A stretch of 63,996 bases of DNA, the filler included, from a bacterium (lineage in GTDB: Bacteria > UBA9089 > CG2-30-40-21 > SBAY01): the NCBI GenBank assembly GCA_040757115.1. It is 12 parts of 12 records of this genome, joined end to end, with 100 filler letters (N's around TTAATTAATTAA, not from the genome) between each part and the next. Parts side by side here need not be neighbours in the genome. Positions count along the whole stretch, not along the records: positions 29,691 to 33,272 come from JBFLYA010000326.1; positions 33,373 to 36,953 come from JBFLYA010000327.1; positions 37,054 to 40,547 come from JBFLYA010000328.1; positions 40,648 to 44,132 come from JBFLYA010000329.1; 8 more parts are not named here. One strand, 5' to 3'. The translations under genes and the position numbers were made by a program. This document shows, one piece after another, positions 31,221 through 42,399 of the stretch. Each line of letters opens with the position of its first letter. Within the stretch, counting starts at the first letter, position 1. Under the pieces are notes generated by a model. It was not told the origin of the DNA and made no database searches. It saw only the letters and a program-made list of their open reading frames with translations.

Positions 31221-32171
31221 ATGACTATGCCAAAACAATTTATCAGGGACTTAAAAGACCATGATGTAGTAAATAGTCAATTTATGGTTTATAAAAAGCA
31301 ACTTCGGGATTTCAAAAATAAGCCAGGTAAGTTTCTAATGCTTGTCATTGGAGATAAAACCGGGCAGATGGAGGCAAAGGTCTGGGATAATGCCGAGAAG
31401 GTTGCCTTAAGGTTTGAAGAAGAAGATGTTGTTTTATTAGAAGGTCGAATTGAATTATTCAACGATAAATTGCAATTAAATGTAAGTAAGCTCTATAAGG
31501 TAGATGTGTATGACATCGGTAATTTCCTGCCTGAAACCTCAAAAGATGTGGATAAGTTATTTGATTATATTAAGTCTATTGATATTCAAAACAAATATTT
31601 AAAATCCCTGCTTGACTCATTTCTTAACGATGAAGGATTTGTTTCTTTATTAAAAAAAACTCCTGCCGCTAAATCGCTTCATCACGCCTACTTAGGTGGT
31701 CTCATCGAACATATTTATGAGGTAATTAAAATATGTGAGGTAGTTTGCCAATTATTCCCCCAGATAGATAGAGACCTGTTATTTACAGGAGCTATATTGC
31801 ATGACCTTGGTAAGATGGAGGAGTTGAAATGGACAAAGGGGATTGATTACACAGATGAAGGGAGATTAATTGGACATATTGTTATGGGAGAGAAAATAGT
31901 TAGTCAAAGAATGGATAAAATCGAAGGATTTCCCAAAGAGCTTAAAATGCGTATGTCCCATTTACTCATAAGTCATCATGGAGAATACGAATGGGGTAGC
32001 CCTAAAAAGCCAAAGACACTGGAGGCATGCACTCTCCATTATGCTGAACATCTTGATGCCCAGGTTAATAGATTCATCCAGTTGATTGAAAAGGGAAAAG
32101 ATAAAACATGGGCTGATTATGATAAATTGCTGGAAAGATATATCTACATTGGGGAACAGATGGAGGAATAG
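31221..32171 (+). CDS. yhaM: 3'-5' exoribonuclease YhaM (OB fold plus HD domain)
   Basis: DKTGQMEAKVWD, HHAYLGGLIEH, LHDLGK and SHHGEYEWGSP. Confidence 0.88.
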   Translation: MTMPKQFIRDLKDHDVVNSQFMVYKKQLRDFKNKPGKFLMLVIGDKTGQMEAKVWDNAEKVALRFEEEDVVLLEGRIELFNDKLQLNVSKLYKVDVYDIGNFLPETSKDVDKLFDYIKSIDIQNKYLKSLLDSFLNDEGFVSLLKKTPAAKSLHHAYLGGLIEHIYEVIKICEVVCQLFPQIDRDLLFTGAILHDLGKMEELKWTKGIDYTDEGRLIGHIVMGEKIVSQRMDKIEGFPKELKMRMSHLLISHHGEYEWGSPKKPKTLEACTLHYAEHLDAQVNRFIQLIEKGKDKTWADYDKLLERYIYIGEQMEE

Positions 32172-32375
32172 AACAAAAGGCAAGAATTACCCTTGCCATT
32201 TTAATATACCATTTTTGTTGACAAATTAGTTTGCTTATGTTACCTTATATTTGGTCGAAGTAAAACAAAACTGCTAATAGGCAGGATAATCTGAAGGCTA
32301 GGTGTAACAATCTCTCTATTTGGAATAGAAGAAAATGACGGCTTAATAATAAAAAGGTTAAGGAGAATAAACAGT

Positions 32376-32606
32376 ATGAAAAATCTGACACGGATTACTT
32401 TTGATGCTAATGTCATGGGGGGTAAACCCTGTATTCGTGGATTGCGTGTCACTGTGGGAACTATTGTTGGACTGGTTGCTGCAGGATACTCCACCACCGA
32501 CATTCTAAAAGCATACCCCTATTTAGAAGATGAAGATATTCGTGAAGCCCTTGCCTATGCAGCCTGGCGAGCTGAAGAAATAGAATTGCCGTTGGTGTCC
32601 GCATGA
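32376..32606 (+). CDS. DUF433 antitoxin
   Basis: MGGKPCIRGLRVTV...YPYLEDEDIREALAYAA. Confidence 0.92.
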   Translation: MKNLTRITFDANVMGGKPCIRGLRVTVGTIVGLVAAGYSTTDILKAYPYLEDEDIREALAYAAWRAEEIELPLVSA

Positions 32607-32968
32607 GACTACTGATTGATATGAACCTTTCTCCTGACTGGGTTGAAGTATTTGAGAAAGAAGGGTGGCAAACGCTTCATTGGTCGACAGTGGGAGAGCG
32701 TGGCGCTACGGATTATGTGATTATGAAGTGGGCATGCGAAAATGGTTATGTTGTATTTACCCATGATCTTGATTTTGGAGCGATATTAGCAACCACTCGG
32801 GCACAAGGACCAAGTGTTATTCAGGTTCGTACGCAAGATGTGATGCCTCGGAATTTAAGGTATGGGTTGGTGCAGATATTCCGGCAATACGAATCGGTGC
32901 TTGAAAGGGGAGCATTACTCACTATAAACGAAAACAAATCCAGAGTGCATATTTTGCCTTTTCAGTAA
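32603..32968 (+). CDS. DUF5615 PIN-like toxin (VapC45-like)
   Basis: LLIDMNLSP and FTHDLDFG; overlaps the antitoxin by ATGA. Confidence 0.9.
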   Translation: MRLLIDMNLSPDWVEVFEKEGWQTLHWSTVGERGATDYVIMKWACENGYVVFTHDLDFGAILATTRAQGPSVIQVRTQDVMPRNLRYGLVQIFRQYESVLERGALLTINENKSRVHILPFQ

Positions 32969-33372
32969 GGTAATTACACCTAAGAACTCGCTCCAGCCGA
33001 CCACCAATAGCGAAGTAAAATAAAACTGCTAATAGGCAGGATAATCTAAGGTTAGAATAATAAAAATAATCACACAGAGACACAAAGTCACAAAGGAATT
33101 GAATAAAACAATAAACCTTTGTGTTCTTTGTGGCTTTGTGTGAGAAAATAAAAAGGAGATATTTTAGGGTTAACCGTGAATGTGGAATGCACAATAATTC
33201 GGTGAGGCAGAGGAAAAGGAAAAGACAGCGAATCAAAGCTTTTGTCTAACCCTGCGTTGCAGTTGACGGCGGNNNNNNNNNNNNNNNNNNNNNNNNNNNN
33301 NNNNNNNNNNNNNNNNTTAATTAATTAANNNNNNNNNNNNNNNNNNNNNNNNNNNNNNNNNNNNNNNNNNNN

Positions 33373-33494
33373 TTCCACAATCAATTTCTACCTATTTCTA
33401 TAAATTTCAATCTATTTCTATTATCTTATCTCCATATCACTCTTATCTCCTTATCCCCTTTCTTACACTTTTGATATATAGCCTGAACGGTTAC
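33373..33494 (-). mobile_element. Partial copy of the 240-bp IS66-type MITE
   Basis: Reverse complement of 46797-46918; ends CTGAACGGTTAC. Confidence 0.8.
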
Positions 33495-33506
33495 AGAAAC
33501 TTCAGG

Positions 33507-33863
33507 TTACTCGAAATTTCCTTTGTATTTAAAAGTAGGATATTTAGCTTTATTCTTTTCTATCTTCTCTAAAATTGCCTGATTTAAGTCAATATTAAGA
33601 ATATTGCTTAAACTCAAACAATAGATAATTATATCTGCTACTTCTTCCTTAATCTGCTCAAATTTTTCTTTATTATCTTTTAATCCAATAGATTCCTCTA
33701 AAGTTAGCCATTGAAAAATCTCCATTAATTCTGCCGACTCAATGGAAATAGACATAGCTAAGTTTTTCGGGTTATGGTATTTTTGCCAATTCCGTTCTGC
33801 GATGAATTCTTCTACCAGTTTCTTAAGTGTTTCAAAGGTAACATTCATAAAATCATTCTCCAA
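33507..33863 (-). CDS. MazG-like (dCTP) nucleotide pyrophosphohydrolase
   Basis: [30 protein letters not shown] and EEVAD. Confidence 0.9.
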   Translation of the reverse strand: MENDFMNVTFETLKKLVEEFIAERNWQKYHNPKNLAMSISIESAELMEIFQWLTLEESIGLKDNKEKFEQIKEEVADIIIYCLSLSNILNIDLNQAILEKIEKNKAKYPTFKYKGNFE

Positions 33864-34272
33864 TAATTTTTACCAGAACCCGTTTTTTTCTCTGGCCATC
33901 AAACTCGCCATAAAATATTTGTTCCCAGGTCCCAAAATCTAACTTACCATTTGTTATTGCCACCACTACTTCTCTTCCCATTATCTGGCGTTTTATGTGG
34001 GCATCAGCATTATCCTCACCAGTGCGATTATGTCGATATTGCGATGTCGGGTTATGAGGGGCAATTTTCTCTAACCAGTCATCATAATCCTGTATCAATC
34101 CTCGTTCATCATCGTTTATAAAAACACTGGCAGTGATGTGCATAGCATTTACCAGACATAACCCTTCCTTAACCCCACTTTTCCTCACTAATTCTTCTAC
34201 TTGAGGTGTAATGTTGATATACGCCCGTTTAGTCTGAGTATCAAACCATAGATATTCTGTAACTGATTTCAT
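33853..34272 (-). CDS. yjbQ: YjbQ (UPF0047) family protein
   Basis: HITAS, NADAHIK and [13 protein letters not shown]. Confidence 0.9.
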   Translation of the reverse strand: MKSVTEYLWFDTQTKRAYINITPQVEELVRKSGVKEGLCLVNAMHITASVFINDDERGLIQDYDDWLEKIAPHNPTSQYRHNRTGEDNADAHIKRQIMGREVVVAITNGKLDFGTWEQIFYGEFDGQRKKRVLVKIIGE

Positions 34273-34391
34273 CTTTCACCCCGGTTTTGGGTATTATAAC
34301 ATTTATAGTATAATTTTTCAAGAGAAATTTTTCGACCTGTGTAAGGCATTAATTATAACTAACTCATTACTAAGTTTCAGTTATTTTTTTA

Positions 34392-34420
34392 TTGACATAA
34401 AATAAAATTTTTGATAAAAT
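34392..34420 (+). promoter_or_regulatory. Sigma70-type promoter
   Basis: TTGACA-17-TAAAAT with a TGn extension. Confidence 0.6.
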
Positions 34421-34459
34421 AGGTAATGTCTTGAAAAAGAACAAGGAGGAAAGAAAAAA

Positions 34460-34900
34460 ATGGAGAATCTTCAACCAATCGATATCCTTTTAGTGGAGGA
34501 CAACGAGGATGATATTATTATCATCAATCGCACCTTTAAAAAGCTAAAGTTGACAAATAACATCTACACGGTTCGAGATGGTCAGGAAGCATTAGACTTT
34601 GTTTTTAAAGAGGGTAAATATGCCCTATCACCTACACCAGGACTAATCCTTTTAGACATCAATATGCCCAAACTAAGTGGTTTTGATGTCCTGGAACGAC
34701 TTAAGGCACATCCAGTCTACAAAATTATACCCGTGATTATGCTTACTGTTTCAGATAGAGAGGAAGATATTGTCAGAAGTTATAAGAATGGTGCGGTATC
34801 TTATATTACCAAATCAATGAAATTTGATGATTTTGTCACGGTTATGGAGCATTTTGAACTTTACTGGACATTGGTCTCAAAGGTGCCAAGAGTAAGATAA
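34460..34900 (+). CDS. Single-domain response regulator (Rcp1-like)
   Basis: ILLVEDNEDD, LILLDINMP, IPVIMLT and a C-terminal YW. Confidence 0.9.
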   Translation: MENLQPIDILLVEDNEDDIIIINRTFKKLKLTNNIYTVRDGQEALDFVFKEGKYALSPTPGLILLDINMPKLSGFDVLERLKAHPVYKIIPVIMLTVSDREEDIVRSYKNGAVSYITKSMKFDDFVTVMEHFELYWTLVSKVPRVR

Positions 34901-34962
34901 AAGGTTAAGGTTGAAGTTAAGATATAACCGATTACCAAAATTTCATACAAAGGAGGAATAAA

Positions 34963-36126
34963 ATGAAAAAGTGGATATATGGGTTAATTTTTACAGGGAT
35001 GCTGTCAGCACCAGCAATTGCACTTGCAGAAGAAAAGGGGTATGGGGCTGCGGAGAGTTTGCCTGAAATACACCTGTTTTTGACAGGTCAATTCTTAGAC
35101 TATGGCACACACACCTTTGGTAAGTATGCCAATGTAGGGGATGCGAAACTCGCGGGTCATAGTGTTTTTGTCCCAATGAGTGGCTATATCGACATCAGCG
35201 CCTATCTTAAACCAGAATTGAAGGCAGAGGCAGAATTCGAGCTTTATAAAGGTGAAAGTGTCAAAATATGCAAACTGCGTGGATTATGGACGCCTGATGA
35301 ACGATTTCATCTCTCCTTAGGCAGGGACTTCGTCCCCATTGGCGTGCAGGACAAAAATTATTATCCGACATCAATCTTCAGAATGTTCACCCTCGCACCT
35401 TTCCTTTACTCAAATGTAATGCGTTCTTCGGGTTGGTGGGATACCGGTATATTTATTTCTGGCAAATTGCCTGTTCAAAACCAGGTTGTATTACTTTATA
35501 ATCTCTCGATAAGTAACGGCCCCGGGGATTCTCATCAAGATTCAAACAATAAACTTGCAATTAAAATGGCAACCAATACCGCAGGCTATATGTATGAACA
35601 TTTTCATACCGATGCTCGACAATCCCTGGATAATAATAATGATAAGCCTATTTGCATAAGATTAGCTCTATCTCCTGTCAAAGGTTTAGAGTTTGGGGGC
35701 TCTTATTTTGGCGCCAAATACGATAAAGATGAAAAATACAGTAGTGAGTATAAATTTTACCATTTATTATACAACTCAGAACGATGGACAATAGATTGTG
35801 AGTCTGGTAGAATAGGTGTGGATGTTGACCCCGCAAAAAATTACCGGCAAGATAAAAAGATTCATCAATCCTCTTTCTTTATTGCCGCCAGTTACAAGAT
35901 ATTAAAAGAAAAATATGTTGAATTTTTTGCCCCAGCGATTAGATATGAAAGATTTGACCCGTGGGAAGAAGATGATACCAACAAAGGTGACCGTAAATCT
36001 ATCAGTATTGGTTTTAACCTTTCACCAGTAGAACATTTTCTCATCAGAGCCGCATACCAGCGAACTACAGAAAGCCCAAAACTTGATAATAGTGGTGTAA
36101 GTTTAGAGACGGTATTGGATTTTTAA
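34963..36126 (+). CDS. Outer-membrane porin-like beta-barrel
   Basis: Signal peptide, DNNNDK motif, RYERFD, C-terminal F. Confidence 0.65.
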   Translation: MKKWIYGLIFTGMLSAPAIALAEEKGYGAAESLPEIHLFLTGQFLDYGTHTFGKYANVGDAKLAGHSVFVPMSGYIDISAYLKPELKAEAEFELYKGESVKICKLRGLWTPDERFHLSLGRDFVPIGVQDKNYYPTSIFRMFTLAPFLYSNVMRSSGWWDTGIFISGKLPVQNQVVLLYNLSISNGPGDSHQDSNNKLAIKMATNTAGYMYEHFHTDARQSLDNNNDKPICIRLALSPVKGLEFGGSYFGAKYDKDEKYSSEYKFYHLLYNSERWTIDCESGRIGVDVDPAKNYRQDKKIHQSSFFIAASYKILKEKYVEFFAPAIRYERFDPWEEDDTNKGDRKSISIGFNLSPVEHFLIRAAYQRTTESPKLDNSGVSLETVLDF

Positions 36127-36502
36127 ATAATACCAGTGAAGATAGAGAAAATAATTCGACCTGCGCAGGTAGAAAATTAAGAAAGATGTTCTAATTGCAC
36201 AGGTGGAAATAATTTAAGGAGAAACGGTCATATCCCTGCGGGGCACAAAGGGGGATGAAAATGGGGAGGGAACACACCCCTAACCCCTCTCAAGAGAGGA
36301 ATACAACCCCCTAACCCCCTTTGTTAAGGGGAAATAAACTTGCTTTTCATCGTTCCTTGGTCTATGGTCTATGGTCTGGAGTCTATTTTCAGGAGAACGC
36401 TAATGAGCCTATGGCACAATAACAGGGATGAAAATAAAGGGATTCGGGAATAAAAGAATCCCCGAACCCCAAAATCCAAACCCCGATTTTCAAGGAAAAT
36501 TA

Positions 36503-36953
36503 ATGATGCAAAAGATATTTTATATTATTAGTGCAATTATTGTTTTAATCTGTATCTTTTCTATCTCTTACCTTGAAGCCAAACCTTATCTTGCAGAAGT
36601 CAAAATTGCCCCGGTTAAAGTTTATAAATCAATGTTAGAAAACTACCAGCAAAAACAGTATGAAAAGGTTAATACCTCCCTTGGTTATGTAAAACCGATT
36701 ATAGATACCATCAAATTAGAATTTGAGATAGACTTAAACACGGAATTTCAAACAACCTTGAAACAAAAAGATAATACCTTCTATACCACCTTAAACAGAT
36801 TAATCTTCTATGACATCCAGGTTATATTTAACTCAATACAGGAAGAAGGAAAAACACAATCACCGGTTATATTGAAAAACTGGTTTCGGATGGCTTATGC
36901 CAATTATTTACTACTTTCTTCTACATTAAAAGAAAATAAGGAAACCTTTATTG
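36503..36953 (+). CDS. Hypothetical exported protein, cut by contig end
   Basis: N-terminal hydrophobic segment; ORF runs into the linker. Confidence 0.55.
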
Positions 36954-37559
36954 NNNNNNNNNNNNNNNNNNNNNNNNNNNNNNNNNNNNNNNNNNNNTTA
37001 ATTAATTAANNNNNNNNNNNNNNNNNNNNNNNNNNNNNNNNNNNNNNNNNNNNAATATAAATTCCAAATTTCAAATAACAAATTCCAAATAAATTCCAAG
37101 CACCAAATTCCAAAACCTATTGCTTTATCAATTTTGTTAAAGGGAGTTGAATATTTTGCTCAATAATGTCAGATTTAGGTTTTTCAATAATTGAAGGACA
37201 CACCTCTAACCCCTCTCAAGAGGGGAATATAACTCTTCTTTAATTCTATTGCCTCATTGAAAAGCACTTTTCCTTCTTTTGTTTGGAATTTTGATTTTTG
37301 GTCATTGGAATTTATTTGTCCTTTGGAATTTGTGATTTGAAATTTTGTAATTCACTACACTATTTTTTGCAACTCATGGTTTAGCCATAACTTTGCAATA
37401 ATTCCTCTTCCTTGTGTTTTCAGGGGATTTCAATCTTCTAAAAATCACGAAACTATAGAATAATATATCTCATCAATATTATTTATACCATAATTATTCC
37501 TAATTGTCAATCAAAGAAATTTGAGTTATTCACCCAAAAAACAGATATAGCATACAAAG

Positions 37560-37762
37560 GTAACTGTTCACACCGTAGAGACACAGAGACGCAGAGAAAA
37601 AAAATTAAAATCTATGGACGCTGGTTTGCCTGCTGAATATTCGGCAAGCAGGTCATAAGTGTTTCTATGTCTGCACCAACAATCTTTTCGGTTATCTGAT
37701 TTATTTCTATGTCTTCTCTGTTCCTCTGCGTCTCTGCGGTAAAGGACTACCTGAACGGTTAC
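37560..37762. mobile_element. IS66-type MITE (sibling at 38682-38975)
   Basis: GTAACTGTTCA...CTGAACGGTTAC with an internal CAGAGACGCAGAG / CTCTGCGTCTCTG inverted repeat. Confidence 0.7.
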
Positions 37763-38648
37763 ACGGAATCCAATTATGCCAATTGTTTCCTATCCTCTCT
37801 TTATATCTTGCCATTAATTGATTGCAATTGCAATTTCTATCTTTAAATAATAATCTTTTATAAAATTCTTTAATAATTTCAGGAAATTGTTGAACGGATT
37901 TATCTACCTTTTTCATCGCCTCTTTAGTTATCAATCCATCAAAGAGTGTTGCTTTTTTATAACCTTTTTTTTCTTTTATTCCTTCGGCATAATTAGTAAT
38001 ATAACATAAGGCTACATAGCACATTTCAAGTTCTCGGGCTAAAAATACCTCTGGAATAAGTGTCATTCCTACGACATCAGCACCTAATAGTTTAAACTTT
38101 TTAATTTCAGCCTTAGTTTCAAGTCGAGGACCTTCCGTGCAAACATAAACTCCTCCCTTGTTACCCTTAAATCCAAGTTCATTCAAAAGTATTTCCATTT
38201 CATTGCTTAACTGAGGGCAGAAAACAGGACTTGAGCGGATAAATCCAATGCCACTATTTTTGCCATAAAAACTTAATACTCTACTTTTAGTTTCATCAAT
38301 TAAATCATCTGGTAATAAATATTGTCCCGGTTTTAAATCTTCATTTATGGCTCCGGGTCCACTCCAGGCTAAAATTCGTTCAACGCCTAATTCTTTTAAG
38401 GCATAAATATTTGCCTGGTAATTTACCGATGAGGCATTTAATTCATACCCCTTCTCGCCATGCCTTGTCAAAAATAAAAACTCAATATCCTTATCTTTGA
38501 CTAAAAATATAGGTTGGCTCTTACCAAAAGGGGTCTGTATCTCCCCTACTCTCTCACCAACTACTTTTCCCTCATTAAGTAATGTATATGCCTTACTTCC
38601 GCCAATAACCGCATTTTTTACCTTTATTTGCATCTCTAACACATCCAT
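37707..38648 (-). CDS. mtnP: S-methyl-5'-thioadenosine/purine nucleoside phosphorylase
   Basis: IGGS, RHG, NIYALKELGV, EGPRLETKAE and VGMT. The C-terminal tail reads into the MITE. Confidence 0.85.
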   Translation of the reverse strand: MDVLEMQIKVKNAVIGGSKAYTLLNEGKVVGERVGEIQTPFGKSQPIFLVKDKDIEFLFLTRHGEKGYELNASSVNYQANIYALKELGVERILAWSGPGAINEDLKPGQYLLPDDLIDETKSRVLSFYGKNSGIGFIRSSPVFCPQLSNEMEILLNELGFKGNKGGVYVCTEGPRLETKAEIKKFKLLGADVVGMTLIPEVFLARELEMCYVALCYITNYAEGIKEKKGYKKATLFDGLITKEAMKKVDKSVQQFPEIIKEFYKRLLFKDRNCNCNQLMARYKERIGNNWHNWIPCNRSGSPLPQRRRGTEKT

Positions 38649-38681
38649 TAATCTTTTCTACCTGCACAGGTCGAAGATTTT

Positions 38682-38975
38682 GTAACTGTTCACCGCAGAG
38701 ACACAGAGACGCAGAGAAGAAAATTAAAATTTATGGACGATACGCTTAACATCCCTGATTTTCATCAGTGCAAGCTCTTGAGTCCAACAACATTAAACTT
38801 GCCCTGATGAAAATCAGGGATGGATTAACAAATCTGGCTTGCCGGCTGAACATTCGGCAAGCAGGTCATAAGTATTTCAATGGCTACACCAATAATCTTT
38901 TCTGTTATCTGATTTATTTCCATATCTTCTCTGTTCCTCTGCGTCTCTGCGGTAAATTACCACCTGAACGGTTAC
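38682..38975. mobile_element. IS66-type MITE with a nested hairpin (38750-38821)
   Basis: Same ends as the 37560 copy, plus ATCCCTGATTTTCATCAG...CTGATGAAAATCAGGGAT. Confidence 0.7.
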
Positions 38976-38990
38976 CTGCCATAATTAGAA

Positions 38991-40547
38991 TTACTGACCT
39001 TTACGAATGACTTTGCCGGATAAGGTGCTGGTATGATTTCCTTGTTCAATAACTATTTGACCATTGATAATGACATATTCAATACCCGCCGGATAGCGAA
39101 GTGGTGATTCAAAGGTAGCTAAATCCTTTATCTTTTCTGGATTAAATACAACAATGTCCGCAAAATTACCTTCTTTTAGCCTGCCGCGGTTTTTAATGCC
39201 AAGTAGATATGCAGGTTGATAAGTCATTTTATAAATTGCTTCCTCCAGAGATAAAACCTTTTCTTCATAGACATACTTAGCCAGAGTTCGGGGAAATGTT
39301 CCAAAAGCCCTTGGATGAGGTCTTGTTGTAGATAACATCCCATAATCTGCTCGGGCGGATGCGTCTGAACCTATCATTGTGTATGGTTTTTTTAAGATTT
39401 TTTTCAGATTATCCTCACTCATATCAAAAAGTATTACCTCTACCTTTCCTTCCTCTTCGATTAAAAGTGAAAATATCAAGTCAATTGGATTTGAGATTTT
39501 TTTTGTTTGGGCAATCTCTGAGATTCTTTTACCCTCCATCCATCTATTCGCCTGAGTTTTCACCGCAGAAATCATAATTGAGTCAAAATCAGGCTGTTGA
39601 TTTAATATTTGTTTAGAGATTTTATTGCGTGTTTGTTCGTCTTTAAGTCTTTCAATTTCTTTTTCCATTCCACCTTCATAAGCCCAGGACGGCAGAATAA
39701 CATCCAGGTCTGTGCTGGCGGCAGTATAGGGGTATCTATCGCAGGTTACACTTAAACCTAATTCCCTTGTTTTTTCAATCTCTGCAAATACTGAGTCTAA
39801 TTTATTCCAATTTGCCCGACCAGCAGTTTTAAGATGAGAAATATGCACCTTTAAAACACCAGCCATACCACCAATATCTATTGCCTCTTGAACTGCTTCT
39901 TCTAACCTATCCCCTTCACTTCGCAAATGAGTGACATACATCCCTCCAGATTCTGCAACGATTTTACATATTTCAATTAATTCATCTGTTTGAGTAAAAC
40001 AACCGGGCGGGTAAATCAACCCTGTTGACAATCCAAAGGCACCTTCTTCCATACATTTAGAAATAAGTTTCTTCATCTTCTCTACTTCTTTTAGTGTTGG
40101 CCGTCTATTCTCATAACCCACAATTGATGCCCGAATATTCCCCTGTCCTATGAGTGGCACAAAATTTACTCCAATCCCCATTTCCTTAAGTATCTCAAGA
40201 TATTCTTTTAGAGAACTCCATTGATAATTTATCTCAAATTCTTCACAAATCTTTTTAATTCTTTCCTTTGATTGATTATATTGTGGAGCGGCTGAAAAAC
40301 CACAATTACCACATACCTCAGTTGTAACCCCTTGTCGAACTTTACTCTCTGCCTTTGGATTAACCAGGATGGTAAAATCAGAATGGGAATGAATATCAAT
40401 AAATCCAGGACAAACAACTTTATCTTTTGCCTCAATAAGTTTTGTTTGTGATGAGCCTGAGCGTAAATTACCAATAGCCACGATTCGTTCATCCTTAATC
40501 CCAACATCTGCCTTAAATGAAGGGACATTAAAACCATCTACAACCTG
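38991..40547 (-). CDS. N-acyl-D-amino-acid deacylase (amidohydrolase), 5' end lost at contig edge
   Basis: PGFIDIHSHSD, GNCGFS, HISHLK and HPRAFGTFPR. Confidence 0.9.
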   Translation of the reverse strand, partial: QVVDGFNVPSFKADVGIKDERIVAIGNLRSGSSQTKLIEAKDKVVCPGFIDIHSHSDFTILVNPKAESKVRQGVTTEVCGNCGFSAAPQYNQSKERIKKICEEFEINYQWSSLKEYLEILKEMGIGVNFVPLIGQGNIRASIVGYENRRPTLKEVEKMKKLISKCMEEGAFGLSTGLIYPPGCFTQTDELIEICKIVAESGGMYVTHLRSEGDRLEEAVQEAIDIGGMAGVLKVHISHLKTAGRANWNKLDSVFAEIEKTRELGLSVTCDRYPYTAASTDLDVILPSWAYEGGMEKEIERLKDEQTRNKISKQILNQQPDFDSIMISAVKTQANRWMEGKRISEIAQTKKISNPIDLIFSLLIEEEGKVEVILFDMSEDNLKKILKKPYTMIGSDASARADYGMLSTTRPHPRAFGTFPRTLAKYVYEEKVLSLEEAIYKMTYQPAYLLGIKNRGRLKEGNFADIVVFNPEKIKDLATFESPLRYPAGIEYVIINGQIVIEQGNHTSTLSGKVIRKGQ

Positions 40548-40647
40548 NNNNNNNNNNNNNNNNNNNNNNNNNNNNNNNNNNNNNNNNNNNNTTAATTAAT
40601 TAANNNNNNNNNNNNNNNNNNNNNNNNNNNNNNNNNNNNNNNNNNNN

Positions 40648-40886
40648 AGAAGCGTAAGAGTTATTGCTTTTCGAAGGAGTGGAATCTGCATAATGCAATC
40701 TCTTACTTCATTGGATTCAGCTACAATTTTTGTTGGATAGTGCGAACATTACGAATAAAAGACATAGAGGAATGTTGGCAGAAGCGAACTTCGGCCATGG
40801 CTGCTGGACTAACTGACCATGTTTGGAGTATAGAGGAATGGCTTACCTATCCAGTTAGAGGAGATTAGCTATTTTCAGACACCACC
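40648..40886 (+). mobile_element. IS1-family transposase 3' end and right TIR
   Basis: WQKRTSAMAAGLTDHVWSIEEWL; ends TTCAGACACCACC. Confidence 0.75.
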
Positions 40887-41061
40887 TATTTTACGAGGAG
40901 GACTAATCAATTTCTGGGCCTTTAGTGGCCATACTTTTTGTGAGACTCTCCTCGAATACCTTCATCAGTTTTGATCTTTGAAAATTATATATCAAAAAGA
41001 GTCATCCTGAAACGAATATCATTTGAGATAAAGAATCCTTTGATAATGTAATCAAGAAAGT

Positions 41062-42075
41062 TTATTCTTCTACATAATCTTCTCCTGTTTTCCATAAGGT
41101 AACCATAGTGGTAAAGATATTTCTGGCGATTGTTCTTTGGGCATTAGCCGGAGAAGTTCCCTGGCTGATTAACTGAAAATACTTTTTGCTAAATTTATTA
41201 TCCATATTCTTTTTTTGTGGCATTTTTAGCTGCCTCCATACCCATATATTTAAGAAGTCTGTTGCCATTATTAGATGCTCCTTTATGGAGAATTTTACCC
41301 GCAGATTCCTTTTCTGATTTACCCAGGCTGCAATAACACCAGGGCTTTCGCTTATGAGCAAATCTATCCGGCGTATCAATAATGGCAAAGAAGGTAGCCG
41401 CAATAATGAAACCAACCCCTGGAAGTTTCTGGAACTTCTTTATGGGAGGATATTTTTTGGCTAGCTTGCGTAATTCTCTGAGATTTTGAGCCTGTTCATT
41501 CCTTAATGTATCTAATGTGTCATAGAGATTTTTCAGGATAAACACGGTTGTAGGTCTTTTCAATTTTTTTAGCCAGTCCAGTCGGTTTTGGGGATAATAG
41601 ACTGTTGAGCCTTTAGCATGAATACCCTTTTGTCTAAATCTGGCTTTTATTTTATTCTTAAATCTGGTTATCTGTTTGCTGGTATCATGATAGTGTCCAA
41701 TTAACTCTTTGAAATCCTGTTGGTCGTCATTGTCAGTGTGATATACTTCTTTGATGAAACCACCTCTTAGAAGTTTGGCCAGACGAATAGTATCATTAGG
41801 ATCATTTTTATCTTCGGCTTTGGATATCCAGGTATTTTGTCTTGGTTCTGCGACAATAAGTTTGTTCACATAAGGTTTTAAGATTCTCCTTATCCAATGG
41901 GCTAATGGTGATTCTTCTACTACGAGTGTTTTGGTTCCAGAAACACTTTGGACAGTATTAATCAGATTCATCTCACTTGTTTCAATATCGATGCAGGTAA
42001 GAATCTTATTGTCCTCTAGACTGGACACTAAATGAACAAAAGTTGCTATTGTTGGTCTAAAGCAAGATATTTCAT
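41062..42075 (-). mobile_element. IS110-family transposase pseudogene
   Basis: MKYLALD, VVEE, KNDPND..RLA, LPGVGFIIAA, ESAG and GNRLLK, with stops and frameshifts. Confidence 0.85.
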
Positions 42076-42399
42076 GATGGGCCTCCTTTTATTTTAGATT
42101 TTGTTATATCAGTATAACATACCTGTCAATCTATTAAAGGATGCCCGTCTTTACATATTATCAATTTCCTAGCAGTTAAAAATGTTATTTTCTTAGTGGA
42201 TGAGTGCGGAATGTGGATTGGTATATTAATCATGCAGAATTATCCTATTTTCTGTATATCATGTAAAAAGTAATGATAACCAGTTAGAATTATACAGAAT
42301 TTATTTGTTTTTGTCAAATTTTTTCTTGACTTTTTGAGGCTATTGTGTTAGAGTAAAGAAAACTATATAATAACTTGTTATCAGATATAGGAGTCAGCC

